Shown: in pieces, positions 42,941 through 52,499 of the stretch | Layout of the letters: every line of letters starts with the position of its first letter | Position numbering within the stretch: position 1 is the first letter of the stretch | NCBI GenBank assembly: GCA_012523975.1 | Contig: JAAYSF010000050.1 | Span: forward strand, 21,497-85,496 | Reading direction: 5' to 3' | Source of the DNA: Veillonellaceae bacterium | GTDB taxonomy: Bacteria; Bacillota; Negativicutes; JAAYSF01 | Length of the DNA: 64,000 nt | Program-made: the position numbers and the translations under genes | Notes under the pieces: model-generated | The model's input: the letters and a program-made list of their open reading frames with translations, nothing else | The model's database searches: none | Told to the model about the DNA's origin: nothing

Positions 42941-43791
42941 TTTTAGATAACGTAGCCTATACGTATATGCCTGATACGCCCTACGAACGAATCGCAATTA
43001 AAAATATTAACCTGGAAATTAAGCCAGGTGAATTTGTTGGTATTATCGGCCACACAGGATCAGGAAAATCGACGCTTGTTCAGCACTTAAACGGTCTGTT
43101 ACAGCCAACATCAGGCGTTATAACTGTGGACGGAGTAGATATTAATAAAAAATCCTCGCAGGCTAGAGAGGCCAAGCGTAAAGTGGGGATGGTATTCCAG
43201 TATGCCGAACACCAATTGTTCGAAGAAACTGTCTATGACGACATTGCCTTTGGCCCGCGCAATTTAGGCATTGATGAGGATTTAGTAGAGCGCCGGGTTC
43301 AGCAGGCTATGGAATTTGTCGGGCTTGATTTTGATACTTTCAGCAAGCGCTCACCGTTTAATTTGAGCGGCGGCCAAATGCGCCGCGTAGCCATTGCCGG
43401 GGTTATTGCTCTTAACCCTGAGTATCTCATTTTGGATGAGCCTTCCGCCGGTCTCGATCCTAAAGGCCGCGATGAAATATTTCAGCAAATCCAGGAGTTA
43501 TTTAACGCTACTGGCATCGCTGTTGTGTTAGTCTCACACAATATGGAAGATGTCGCAAAATTGGCTACGCGCATGATAGTAATGAATAAGGGTGAAGTTA
43601 GCCTCAACGGCGCGCCGCGTGAAATATTTAGAAATAGCCGGGATAAACTTAAATCTGCCGGTGTTGATATTCCAAATATAACGGCCTTTATGCGCCGGTT
43701 GAAAGAAACCGGGCTTAGTGTTGATGACGATATTCTTACGGTAGAAAGTGCTACAGAGGCTATCATCACTGCGGTAAGGAGGCGAGGCTAG
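42931..43791 (+). CDS. ecfA2: ECF transporter ATPase subunit EcfA2
   Basis: GHTGSGKST, LSGGQMRRVAIA, LILDEPS. It overlaps ecfA1 by 10 nt. Confidence 0.88.
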   Translation: MSIILDNVAYTYMPDTPYERIAIKNINLEIKPGEFVGIIGHTGSGKSTLVQHLNGLLQPTSGVITVDGVDINKKSSQAREAKRKVGMVFQYAEHQLFEETVYDDIAFGPRNLGIDEDLVERRVQQAMEFVGLDFDTFSKRSPFNLSGGQMRRVAIAGVIALNPEYLILDEPSAGLDPKGRDEIFQQIQELFNATGIAVVLVSHNMEDVAKLATRMIVMNKGEVSLNGAPREIFRNSRDKLKSAGVDIPNITAFMRRLKETGLSVDDDILTVESATEAIITAVRRRG

Positions 43792-44594
43792 TGCTCTCTA
43801 ATATTACACTAGGGCAATATTACCCTGGAAATTCAGCATTGCATAAGCTCGATCCACGTACCAAGATTTTGCTTACGACAACTTTCATCAGCAGTATTTT
43901 TCTGGCCCAAAGCTATTTAGGTTACTTGGTGTTAACTGCCTTTGTCGTTATGACAATAGCAATTTCGCGCATTCCTTTTAAGCTGATACTGCGATCAATT
44001 AAGCCGCTCTGGATTATTGTTGCTTTTACGCTGGGCATTCATATGCTGACAACACCTGGGACAGAAATGTATGCCTGGGGGATAATTTCAATAACCAAGG
44101 AAGGCTTAAGGCAGGGACTGATGATGTCGGCCCGGCTGATATATCTTATCATTATCTCATCGCTACTGACTTTCACAACCTCGCCCATTGCCCTTACTGA
44201 CGGGATTGAAATGCTGCTTCGGCCTTTAAAAAAGATTGGTGTTCCAGCCCATGAACTAGCTATGATGATGACTATCGCCCTTAGGTTCATCCCAACCCTC
44301 TTAGAGGAAACGGAGCGGATAATTAAGGCGCAATCGGCGCGTGGTGTAGATTTCCAGTCCGGCAATATCTTAAAGCGGGCGAAAAATATGGTTCCAATAT
44401 TAGTGCCGCTTTTTATCAGCGCATTCCGGCGAGCCGATGAACTGGCAACCGCAATGGAAGCCCGGTGCTACCGCGGCGGCGAAAACCGCACACGCATGAA
44501 GCAGCTTGCTGTTACTAGCCGCGATTATTTGGCCGGCGGGGTTTTGGTGGTACTGCTTATTATATTAATAGCCTTACGGTTTTATGGTGGTTAG
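43791..44594 (+). CDS. ecfT: ECF transporter transmembrane subunit EcfT
   Basis: 267-aa polytopic ORF with ARG...RRADELATAMEARCY, typical of EcfT/CbiQ. Confidence 0.85.
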   Translation: MLSNITLGQYYPGNSALHKLDPRTKILLTTTFISSIFLAQSYLGYLVLTAFVVMTIAISRIPFKLILRSIKPLWIIVAFTLGIHMLTTPGTEMYAWGIISITKEGLRQGLMMSARLIYLIIISSLLTFTTSPIALTDGIEMLLRPLKKIGVPAHELAMMMTIALRFIPTLLEETERIIKAQSARGVDFQSGNILKRAKNMVPILVPLFISAFRRADELATAMEARCYRGGENRTRMKQLAVTSRDYLAGGVLVVLLIILIALRFYGG

Positions 44595-44596
44595 AT

Positions 44597-45340
44597 ATGA
44601 CAAGTGTACGCAATCTTAAACTTACGATTGCCTATGACGGCACAAACTATCACGGGTTTCAGCGTCAAAAAAACTGCATGACTATCCAGCAGACAGTTGA
44701 AGATAAACTTGCCAAGCTGTTTGGCCACCAACTTAAAATAACAGGCGCCGGCCGGACTGATGCCGGGGTCCATGCCTACGGCCAAGTGGTAAGTTTCTCA
44801 ACTACCGGAACAATTCCGGCGGAAAGAATACCGTTAGCAGCCAGATCTATTCTGCCTGACGATATCGTTGTTTTATCAGGTCAAGAGATGCAGCCTGATT
44901 TCAACGCCCGCTTTAGTGCGCAGGGTAAGATTTATATTTATCGCGTGTATCAGAATAAACTACCTGATCCGTTCTATCGCAACTATACCTGGCACATACC
45001 TAAGCTGCTTAATGTACAAGCTATTAACAACGCAGCACAATTAATAGTCGGCACTCATGATTTTTCAGCCTTTCGCGCCGCCGGTGGTGACGCAAAAAAT
45101 CCTGTCAGAACGATATTCGAGGCATCTTGTCATACAGAAGGTCAAATGCTGGAATTTAGGTTCTGGGGAAACGGTTTTTTATATCATATGGTACGCAATC
45201 TTGTAGGAACACTGGTAGATGTCGGCTTGGAAAAAATTAATCAGGCTGAATTTGCCGCTATACTGGCCGGCCGTGACCGTAGGCAAGCAGGTGTAACAGC
45301 CCCGCCGCAAGGCCTTTATTTGCAGCAGGTCTTCTACTGA
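44597..45340 (+). CDS. truA: tRNA pseudouridine(38-40) synthase
   Basis: YDGTNYHGFQRQ...GAGRTDAGVHA catalytic Asp motif. Confidence 0.92.
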   Translation: MTSVRNLKLTIAYDGTNYHGFQRQKNCMTIQQTVEDKLAKLFGHQLKITGAGRTDAGVHAYGQVVSFSTTGTIPAERIPLAARSILPDDIVVLSGQEMQPDFNARFSAQGKIYIYRVYQNKLPDPFYRNYTWHIPKLLNVQAINNAAQLIVGTHDFSAFRAAGGDAKNPVRTIFEASCHTEGQMLEFRFWGNGFLYHMVRNLVGTLVDVGLEKINQAEFAAILAGRDRRQAGVTAPPQGLYLQQVFY

Positions 45341-45382
45341 CGATGAGCTAAAAATAAAGTTGATGCTTACAAGGTAAAAACC

Positions 45383-45411
45383 TTGACATTAGCATGGCCA
45401 TTTATTACAAT
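45383..45411 (+). promoter_or_regulatory. putative promoter of rplM-rpsI, followed by a leader of about 95 nt
   Basis: TTGACA (45383-45388), a 17-nt spacer, then TACAAT (45406-45411). The downstream leader may correspond to the L13 leader known in Bacillus, but I did not verify this. Confidence 0.45.
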
Positions 45412-45510
45412 AGCCTTATGAGATTTTTGTCATGGTTTCCCTTAGCCCCGGAATTCCTGAACCAAAAATCCCATTTGCTCTGAACGCTAGCAATAAGGAG
45501 GGATATCGAC

Positions 45511-45951
45511 ATGAAAACAACATTCATGGCAAACGCCGCCACTATCGAACGTAAGTGGTACGTAGTAGATGCCGAAGGTAAAACTTTAGGTAGACTAGCT
45601 GCTGAAGTTGCAAAGATTCTTCGCGGCAAACATAAACCGACCTACACACCGCATGTTGATACCGGCGATCATGTTATCGTAGTTAACGCTGATAAAGTTG
45701 TGCTCACTGGTAAAAAACTTGTTCAAAAGACTTACTTCCGTCATTCTGGTTACCCAGGTGGAACTACTTTCACCCCAGCTGGCAAACTGTTGGCTGACAG
45801 ACCGGAAAGATTGGTTGAATTCGCGGTTAAAGGTATGCTGCCGAAAAACCGTCTTGGTCGTGCAATGTATCGCAAACTCAAAGTATATCGCGGCCCGGCT
45901 CATCCGCATGAAGCTCAAAAGCCCGAAGTACTTGAATTAAATATTAAATAA
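45511..45951 (+). CDS. rplM: 50S ribosomal protein L13
   Basis: [41 protein letters not shown]. Confidence 0.96.
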   Translation: MKTTFMANAATIERKWYVVDAEGKTLGRLAAEVAKILRGKHKPTYTPHVDTGDHVIVVNADKVVLTGKKLVQKTYFRHSGYPGGTTFTPAGKLLADRPERLVEFAVKGMLPKNRLGRAMYRKLKVYRGPAHPHEAQKPEVLELNIK

Positions 45952-45973
45952 ACCGGAAGGGAGGAACATTTAA

Positions 45974-46366
45974 ATGGCATTGGTTAACTACTACGGCACA
46001 GGCCGCAGAAAGACCTCGGTTGCCAGAGTTCGTCTGGTTCCGGGAGAAGGCAATATCACTATTAATGGCCGTCAAGTTTTAGAATACTTCGGTCGTCCGA
46101 CGCTTGAGCTTATCGTTAAGCAACCGCTTAACTTAACCGATACTCTCGGTAAATACGATGTTATTGCCAAAGTTGAGGGAGGGGGCCCATCCGGGCAAGC
46201 CGGCGCAGTACGTCATGGTATCGCCCGTGCTCTGCTCCGCGTTGACCTTGACTACCGTTCATCACTAAAAAAAGCTGGTTTCTTAACCCGCGACCCGCGT
46301 GAAAAAGAACGCCGCAAATACGGCCTCAAAAAAGCGCGTAAAGCTTCTCAGTTCTCAAAACGTTAA
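45974..46366 (+). CDS. rpsI: 30S ribosomal protein S9
   Basis: [16 protein letters not shown]...[14 protein letters not shown]. Confidence 0.96.
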   Translation: MALVNYYGTGRRKTSVARVRLVPGEGNITINGRQVLEYFGRPTLELIVKQPLNLTDTLGKYDVIAKVEGGGPSGQAGAVRHGIARALLRVDLDYRSSLKKAGFLTRDPREKERRKYGLKKARKASQFSKR

Positions 46367-46377
46367 TACAACATTCA

Positions 46378-46412
46378 ACCCAGAAAGAATTATCTTTCTG
46401 GGTTTTGTTTTT
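46378..46412 (+). terminator. intrinsic terminator after rpsI
   Basis: 11-bp stem ACCCAGAAAGA/TCTTTCTGGGT, then TTTTGTTTTT. Confidence 0.8.
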
Positions 46413-46484
46413 GCTTGATTCGGCAGGATTATTATCCCTTAAAGTGTAATATTATCCATATTATGAAGTATGGGGGAATCTTAA

Positions 46485-47138
46485 ATGAAGAAACTCGCGG
46501 CGGCTGCTTTGATGGCCGTTATGACCATTACCGGCAGCACGGCTTTTGCCAGCCTTGATGACACAAAAACCACTATTGCCAGCCAGTATGGTGAATATCG
46601 CATGGCCATAGATACTGATAATCAATTATGGCCTAAGCAAGAATGGGAGCAAAAGGGCAAAAAAAGGGCTAAAGCGGCCTCATTTACCTATAGCTTTGAA
46701 CGTCAGGGTTTGGGAATTCAAATGGAAGTAATGTATCTGAATGACCGGCCTGAGGCTCCGGTAATAGCACAACGGTTTACGCCGAATATGGCGATTAAAA
46801 TTAAGGAATTAAAGGACTATTTTCCTGAAGTTTATCAATTAGTAACACATCCAAAGGCTGAGGTTTTTATTAGCTATGACCAGGTTACAAGACAGTTTCA
46901 GGAACTGCAGTCTCCGGTAACTATGGGGGTTGCAGTCAAAGCTGAGCCGGCATTACATAAAGGTAACTATACAGTTTTAGCTTTTAATATTCAGGAAGAA
47001 GGCCGCCTGATAAAGGACCCGAAATTCATCGATGAAAATACATATATCCGCGAATTTACCATAGAACGAACTAAACGCATGGTTGTTCAAGAACAGTTCG
47101 ATAGTGATAACTACAAGCCAATTAAAAATTTCTTTTAA
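46485..47138 (+). CDS. hypothetical secreted protein
   Basis: 217-aa ORF with a signal peptide MKKLAAAALMAVMTITGSTAFA|S. I recognise no motif. Confidence 0.5.
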   Translation: MKKLAAAALMAVMTITGSTAFASLDDTKTTIASQYGEYRMAIDTDNQLWPKQEWEQKGKKRAKAASFTYSFERQGLGIQMEVMYLNDRPEAPVIAQRFTPNMAIKIKELKDYFPEVYQLVTHPKAEVFISYDQVTRQFQELQSPVTMGVAVKAEPALHKGNYTVLAFNIQEEGRLIKDPKFIDENTYIREFTIERTKRMVVQEQFDSDNYKPIKNFF

Positions 47139-47140
47139 AT

Positions 47141-47168
47141 AAAAAAGAGGCTATTAGCCTCTTTTTTA
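47141..47168. terminator. bidirectional intrinsic terminator shared by convergent genes
   Basis: AAAAAAGAGGC-loop-GCCTCTTTTTT, with an A-tract and a T-tract on either side. It overlaps the mtgA stop codon. Confidence 0.75.
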
Positions 47169-47924
47169 TTTGGCGAGTTTTATCGGTGTCAGCTTAGCTT
47201 GTTCAGCCATACTGGGACTGATATAACCGTTCTTAACCATTGTCGAAAGTACCACAGCCTGCCGGCCTTTAGCGGCGGAAAAGTTAACGTAGGGGGAAAT
47301 CAATGAAGGAGCATTGGGCAGACCGGCTAACATTGAACACTCGGCCAAAGTGAGCTTCGCCGGCTCTTTGCCGAAATATATCTTGGCGGCTTGATCAATA
47401 CCATAAGTGCCTGACCCAAAATATACGGTATTAAGATACATTTCAAGGATTTCCTCTTTTGAATAGCGCATTTCCATATCGATTGCCAATATAATCTCTT
47501 CGACTTTACGCGTGAGTGATCTGTCGTGGGTCAAAAATAGATTGCGGACAAGCTGTTGAGTAATAGTGCTGCCGCCTTCCACGATTGAACCGCTCTGAAG
47601 GTTGACCAGACTTGCGCGGATAATGCCTTCGATATCGAATCCCACATGCTGGTAGTAGCGGTTATCCTCAACTGCAATGACGGCCTGCTGCATCGTGAGC
47701 GGGATATCTTCAAGCTTTGTATAGTTGTTCTTGTTTAGTTTGGCATTAACAGCCGATTTAAGAGCGATTACCCGGTATAATTTGTCCCAGCCGTTTTTCA
47801 GACTTGAAATCGTTTGTTCGGTTTGTTTTGACGGTACCACCGAATTAATCAGGCTGCCGCCCCCTGCGTATAAAAATGATGCGGCAAACAAAATAACAAG
47901 CAGAATAAAAAAACGCTTACCCAT
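47166..47924 (-). CDS. mtgA: monofunctional peptidoglycan glycosyltransferase (GT51)
   Basis: N-terminal anchor plus GT51 motifs (AVEDNRYYQHVGFD, GGSTITQQLVRNLF, RKVEE). There is no transpeptidase domain. Confidence 0.8.
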   Translation of the reverse strand: MGKRFFILLVILFAASFLYAGGGSLINSVVPSKQTEQTISSLKNGWDKLYRVIALKSAVNAKLNKNNYTKLEDIPLTMQQAVIAVEDNRYYQHVGFDIEGIIRASLVNLQSGSIVEGGSTITQQLVRNLFLTHDRSLTRKVEEIILAIDMEMRYSKEEILEMYLNTVYFGSGTYGIDQAAKIYFGKEPAKLTLAECSMLAGLPNAPSLISPYVNFSAAKGRQAVVLSTMVKNGYISPSMAEQAKLTPIKLAK

Positions 47925-48084
47925 TACGCCTCCTTAAATTGGTGAACCAATTTAACTCCGATTTTAGATTGCGATATTATCAATTATTATTTTACAGCAA
48001 ATGTCGTTTTTTGGCTATACTGGGCGGCATAGCCCTTACTTTTCCGGCATAATGTGTAGGGAGTGATTTCGGGGGGGATGCATT

Positions 48085-48795
48085 GTGCGCATTTTATCAG
48101 TTCGTCGCAAAGTTCTGCAAAAGATAGTTGTATTTAGCATTGTAGTTGTGGCCATCAATTTATTGACATTGCAGTATTTTGTTTCCGAAGACATAGATTC
48201 TACTGATCTCTCTAGCCTGGCAGGAAAGGTTATTGCTCTAGACCCTGGCCATGGGGGGATTGACAGCGGTGCCAAAGGTAATGGTTTATCGGAAAAGGAT
48301 ATTACGCTGGCCATAGCCTTAAAGCTTGCTGATATTTTAAAAGCAAACGGCGCGCAGGTAATAATGACTCGTGAAGGCGACAATGATTACTATACACGCG
48401 GTAAGGGCGGAAAACGGAACGATTTACTAAAACGCGCAGAAATTATCAATACTTCGGGCGCTCAGCTATTTGTAAGTGTTCATTGCAATGCTATCCGTGA
48501 TGAACGGCAGAAAGGCGCACAGATTTTTTACGGTAATCAAGACAATAAAGGATTGGCTGAGATAGCCCAGCTAGCCTTAAAAGGCTTTCCGCCCGGTAAT
48601 CGCCGTCAGGCTAAGCAGGATAACGACATTGTTTTGTTGAAAGCAACCACTATTCCGGGTATATTAGTAGAAACGGGTTATATAACAAATAAAACCGAGG
48701 CAAATTTGCTGGCAGATAGCTCATATCAACAAAAACTGGCAAATCAGATTGCTAAAGCCTTAGCGTATCATTTTAGCCAAAATGCAGCAAGATAA
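48085..48795 (+). CDS. cwlD: N-acetylmuramoyl-L-alanine amidase CwlD (spore cortex)
   Basis: Amidase_3 motifs (IALDPGHGGIDSGA, FVSVHCNA, GILVETGYITN). It has an N-terminal TM segment and lies downstream of rplM-rpsI, as in B. subtilis. Confidence 0.8.
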   Translation: MRILSVRRKVLQKIVVFSIVVVAINLLTLQYFVSEDIDSTDLSSLAGKVIALDPGHGGIDSGAKGNGLSEKDITLAIALKLADILKANGAQVIMTREGDNDYYTRGKGGKRNDLLKRAEIINTSGAQLFVSVHCNAIRDERQKGAQIFYGNQDNKGLAEIAQLALKGFPPGNRRQAKQDNDIVLLKATTIPGILVETGYITNKTEANLLADSSYQQKLANQIAKALAYHFSQNAAR

Positions 48796-48882
48796 ACTAA
48801 AGTCTGTTGAAATGCGCCTTGCTATGCTCGTTTTTGAACAGACTAGGGTTTAGGATGTATTGGTACTCAAAGGAGTGATATA

Positions 48883-49737
48883 GTGACAAAACTGGTAAGT
48901 TGCGCTCTCATGCCGCATCCGCCAATTATGATTCCTGAAGTTGGTGGAAGTGAGCTAGTTAAAATACAGGCTACTGTCAATTCGGCTGAAGAAGTAGCTC
49001 GCTTAATAAAAGAAGATAACCCCCAAACCATCGTAATTATTACCCCCCATGGTCCGGTCTTTGAAGATGCTGCCAGCATCAGTATTCATCCCCGTTTAAA
49101 AGGTAACTTGGCTGCTTTTGGCGTTCCAGATGTTTCGGTTGCCTTTGAAACTGACGGCCTGTTAGTCCGGCACATTTTAAAACAAGCCAAACGCCTTGGT
49201 GTAAACCTAATAGAACTAACGGACGACTTAGCAAAGAACTACCGCCTCAACTTGGAACTCGACCATGGTGCAGTGGTACCATTATATTATTTACATAAAG
49301 CTGGTTTTAAAGGCCAGCTTGTCCATTTATCCATTGGAATGATGCCCTACGAGGAAATGTACACCTTTGGCAAGGCCGTTCAAGCGGCTATTGATATGGC
49401 GGACAAGAAGGTGACTGTGATTGCGTCAGGAGATTTATCGCACCGGCTAACACTGGACGCTCCTGCCGGCTATAGTCCGCGCGGCAAGGAGTTTGATGAA
49501 CTGCTGCTTGAAGCAATTAAGAATCACGACGTCAAAGCGCTTTTAAATATTGATCCTCAGCTAGTTGATGAGGCAGGCGAGTGCGGCCTAAGGCCAGTAC
49601 TGTTCATGATGGGGGTTTTGGGAGGCTTGGAGTCTACGGCCAAAATTCTGTCCTATGAAGGCCCCTTTGGAGTAGGCTATGGTATAGCATTCATCAGTGT
49701 TAAGGACAGTGAAAAGGGAGGCAATAAAAGTGGCTGA
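48883..49737 (+). CDS. amrB: LigB/Memo-superfamily metalloprotein, probable AmmeMemoRadiSam system protein B
   Basis: His-containing motifs in the LigB class-III dioxygenase pattern (MPHPP, ITPHGP, LDHGAVVPL, SGDLSHRL). It is translationally coupled to the AMMECR1 gene. Confidence 0.6.
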   Translation: MTKLVSCALMPHPPIMIPEVGGSELVKIQATVNSAEEVARLIKEDNPQTIVIITPHGPVFEDAASISIHPRLKGNLAAFGVPDVSVAFETDGLLVRHILKQAKRLGVNLIELTDDLAKNYRLNLELDHGAVVPLYYLHKAGFKGQLVHLSIGMMPYEEMYTFGKAVQAAIDMADKKVTVIASGDLSHRLTLDAPAGYSPRGKEFDELLLEAIKNHDVKALLNIDPQLVDEAGECGLRPVLFMMGVLGGLESTAKILSYEGPFGVGYGIAFISVKDSEKGGNKSG

Positions 49738-50245
49738 GGTCAGTGCACCCGTAAAATTGGCTCAGGATAGTTTAAGGCACTATCTTGAAACCGGACAGAA
49801 AATCCCTATCCCCAAGGAACTGCCGCCCGAACTTGCCAATAGAGCAGGCGCCTTTGTCTCATTGAAAAAGTCTGGTCAATTGCGCGGCTGTATTGGAACT
49901 TTTAAACCTACCCAGCCCAACCTGGCCGCCGAGATAATAGAGATGGCCATCAGTGCCGGCATTCATGATCCCCGTTTTGAACCGGTAAGACTTGATGAGC
50001 TTCCTGATATAGAGTTTTCAGTTGATATTTTGTCTGCTCCCGAGAAGGTAGACAGTATCAAGGAACTTGATCCGCAGAAGTACGGCGTTATTGTCAAACG
50101 CGGCTACCGCAGCGGACTGCTGCTGCCGGCACTTGAAGGCGTCGATACTGTTGAAGAACAAATTGGGATTGCCATGCAGAAGGCCGGGATAGCGCCTGAC
50201 CAAGAAATCGAATTATTCCGCTTTTTTGTAACTAGATATCATTAA
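49730..50245 (+). CDS. amrA: AMMECR1-domain protein (AmmeMemoRadiSam system protein A)
   Basis: GAFVSLKKSGQLRGCIGTF...HDPRF...GLLLPA are AMMECR1 hallmarks. GTG 49730 lies 9 nt after AAGGGAGG and overlaps the upstream stop (GTGGCTGA). Confidence 0.8.
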   Translation: MAEVSAPVKLAQDSLRHYLETGQKIPIPKELPPELANRAGAFVSLKKSGQLRGCIGTFKPTQPNLAAEIIEMAISAGIHDPRFEPVRLDELPDIEFSVDILSAPEKVDSIKELDPQKYGVIVKRGYRSGLLLPALEGVDTVEEQIGIAMQKAGIAPDQEIELFRFFVTRYH

Positions 50246-50279
50246 AACGGCTCATCAGCCATATTCTGAGGTGACATTG

Positions 50280-51269
50280 ATGCGCGAGGCACGGTATTAT
50301 CGCACGGAGGATAGCAAAGCCATCTGTCAGCTTTGTCCCAAGGAATGCATAATTGGGCAAGGTCGGACAGGCTTTTGCCGGGTGCGTAAGAACATTGACG
50401 GTAAGTTATATACTCAGAATTACGCCGCCTGTTCATCATATGCACTGGACCCGATTGAAAAAAAACCGCTTTACCACTTTTATCCCGGCAACTATATTCT
50501 TTCGCTTGGTACTTGGGGTTGCAACTTTGCCTGTCAGTTTTGTCAGAATTGGCAGATTGCCCAAGCCGACCCGGAGACTATCGAACTGCTGCCCGATAAG
50601 GCCGTTGAGCTCGCCCTCAAGCAAGGAAAGCGAAATATTGGCATTGCTTTTACCTATTCCGAGCCCAGCGTGTGGTACGAATACATATTGGATACAGCTA
50701 AAGCCGGTCATGAAGCCGGGCTTAAAAATGTGCTTGTAACCAATGGCTTTATAAATAAGGATCCGCTCGCTGAACTGCTTCCGTTTATCGACGCGCTGAA
50801 TATCGACATAAAGGCCTTTAACAGCGAATATTACCATAAAATTTGCGCCGGCCGGCTTGATGATGTAAAAAGAACAGTAGAGCAGGCTGCTGAGGACTGT
50901 CATGTTGAAATCACAACGCTGATAGTTCCAAACCTTAATGACAGCCAGGCAGAACTGCGTGATCTGGCTAAGTGGCTAGCCGGTATAAGCAAAGATATTC
51001 CACTGCATTTTTCCCGTTACTTTCCTAACTACAAGATGCGGGAGCAGCCAACGCCGTTAAAAACTATGGAAATGGCTTATGAAACTGCCCGGCAGTATTT
51101 AAACTATGTTTATTTAGGCAACATTGGCAGTAACGGCAGTGATACCTACTGTCCACGATGCGGGCAGGTGGTCATCGACCGTTATGGGGAAAAGAGTTCT
51201 CTGACCGATGATAAAAAATGCCTGGCCTGCGGAATGCAGATAAAAATCAGCGGAACAGTGGCATTTTAA
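50280..51269 (+). CDS. amrS: AmmeMemoRadiSam system radical SAM enzyme (PflA-like activase family)
   Basis: CNFACQFCQNW CxxxCxxC cluster, an N-terminal Cys pair (CQLCPKEC) and a C-terminal CPRCG...CLACG. ATG 50280 lies 8 nt after GAGG. Confidence 0.8.
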   Translation: MREARYYRTEDSKAICQLCPKECIIGQGRTGFCRVRKNIDGKLYTQNYAACSSYALDPIEKKPLYHFYPGNYILSLGTWGCNFACQFCQNWQIAQADPETIELLPDKAVELALKQGKRNIGIAFTYSEPSVWYEYILDTAKAGHEAGLKNVLVTNGFINKDPLAELLPFIDALNIDIKAFNSEYYHKICAGRLDDVKRTVEQAAEDCHVEITTLIVPNLNDSQAELRDLAKWLAGISKDIPLHFSRYFPNYKMREQPTPLKTMEMAYETARQYLNYVYLGNIGSNGSDTYCPRCGQVVIDRYGEKSSLTDDKKCLACGMQIKISGTVAF

Positions 51270-51272
51270 AAT

Positions 51273-51296
51273 AACTCGGCGAAAGCCGAGTTTTTT
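51273..51296 (+). terminator. intrinsic terminator after the radical SAM gene
   Basis: AACTCGGC-GAAA-GCCGAGTT, then T run. Confidence 0.8.
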
Positions 51297-51331
51297 AGTT
51301 ACGTGTCGGCCGCGTGTTTTTAAAAAACATA

Positions 51332-51361
51332 TTGCATTAATATTCAATATGGGTGTATAAT
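51332..51361 (+). promoter_or_regulatory. argC promoter overlapped by an ARG box (ArgR/AhrC operator)
   Basis: TTGCATTAATATTCAA (51332-51347) fits the ARG-box pattern TGMAT-wwww-ATTCA. TATAAT at 51356-51361. The -35 element TTGCAT lies inside the box. Confidence 0.5.
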
Positions 51362-51386
51362 TATAACTAATATAGGGGGAGATGTC

Positions 51387-52421
51387 ATGAAAGTCAGCAT
51401 AATCGGTGCAACAGGTTATACCGGCGAAGAGCTGCTGCGCATATTATCCGGCCATCCCGAAGCCGAAATTGTTCATATTACGTCTGAAAGCAGCACCGGT
51501 ATAGCGATTAATAATGCATACCCGCATTTGACCAAGTTTTACGATAACACCTTAGACAGTCTTAAAGACTTAACAACGATTGCAGCTAATAGTGATGTTG
51601 TCTTTATTGGTTTGCCCCATGGCCATGCCATGGCCGTCGGTAAACAGTTGGCCGGGCAAAATGTCAAGATTATTGATCTTGGGGCCGATTATCGGTTCCG
51701 TGATACCAAGGTCTATGAAAAGTGGTATAAAGTCGAACACACCCATCAGGAAGCTAAAGCTGTATATGGCTTAACCGAACTGTACCGACAACAGGTAAAG
51801 ACAGCAAATATTGTGGGTAATCCTGGCTGTTATACGACAGCAAGCATCTTGGCGCTAGCGCCGTTGGCAAAGAACAACCTGATTAAACTAGATACCATTA
51901 TTGTTGATGCCAAATCTGGCGTTTCGGGGGCAGGACGCAGTCTCAGCCTAAACAGCCATTTCACCGAGATGTTTGAAAACTTAAAAGCCTATAATGTTGG
52001 GGGTCATCGCCACACTCCGGAGATTGAGCAGGCTTTGACAGAATTAGCCGGTCAAGAGGTTGTAATAAATTTCACACCGCATCTCATTCCGATGGCCCGT
52101 GGTATTTTAAGCACCTGCTATGCCAGCCTTAACCAAGGTGTAACGGCGGAGCAAGTAGATGAAGCCTTTAACGCGCTGTATGGCGAGGAATATTTTATCC
52201 GTCTGTTAGGCCGTGGCGGCTACCCTGCCACTAAAAATACCCGAGGCTCAAATTTCTGCGATATCGGTTGGCACGTTGACAGCCGCACCAATCGCGTCGT
52301 TGTCATCTCGGCAATCGATAACCTTGTCAAAGGCGCTGCAGGTCAGGCCGTACAAAATATGAATGTCTTATTTGGCTTGGATGAAAAAACCGGTTTAACA
52401 CAAGCACCGTTATATCCATGA
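51387..52421 (+). CDS. argC: N-acetyl-gamma-glutamyl-phosphate reductase
   Basis: MKVSIIGATGYTGEELLR...GNPGCYTT active-site Cys. Confidence 0.93.
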   Translation: MKVSIIGATGYTGEELLRILSGHPEAEIVHITSESSTGIAINNAYPHLTKFYDNTLDSLKDLTTIAANSDVVFIGLPHGHAMAVGKQLAGQNVKIIDLGADYRFRDTKVYEKWYKVEHTHQEAKAVYGLTELYRQQVKTANIVGNPGCYTTASILALAPLAKNNLIKLDTIIVDAKSGVSGAGRSLSLNSHFTEMFENLKAYNVGGHRHTPEIEQALTELAGQEVVINFTPHLIPMARGILSTCYASLNQGVTAEQVDEAFNALYGEEYFIRLLGRGGYPATKNTRGSNFCDIGWHVDSRTNRVVVISAIDNLVKGAAGQAVQNMNVLFGLDEKTGLTQAPLYP

Positions 52422-52499
52422 TAGATTTGAAAATTAGTAATTTAGAAAATAGAAATAGAAAATATGAAAGCAAGCTAAGTAAATAAGGAGGCAACTAAT

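Noticed and set aside
49697-49737. 41-nt overlap between the LigB-like ORF and the AMMECR1 ORF, which could suggest a frameshifted fusion gene
   Set aside because: A GTG at 49730 with a well-spaced AAGGGAGG site gives a normal 8-nt coupled overlap. Both ORFs are intact, so no pseudogene or frameshift needs to be invoked.
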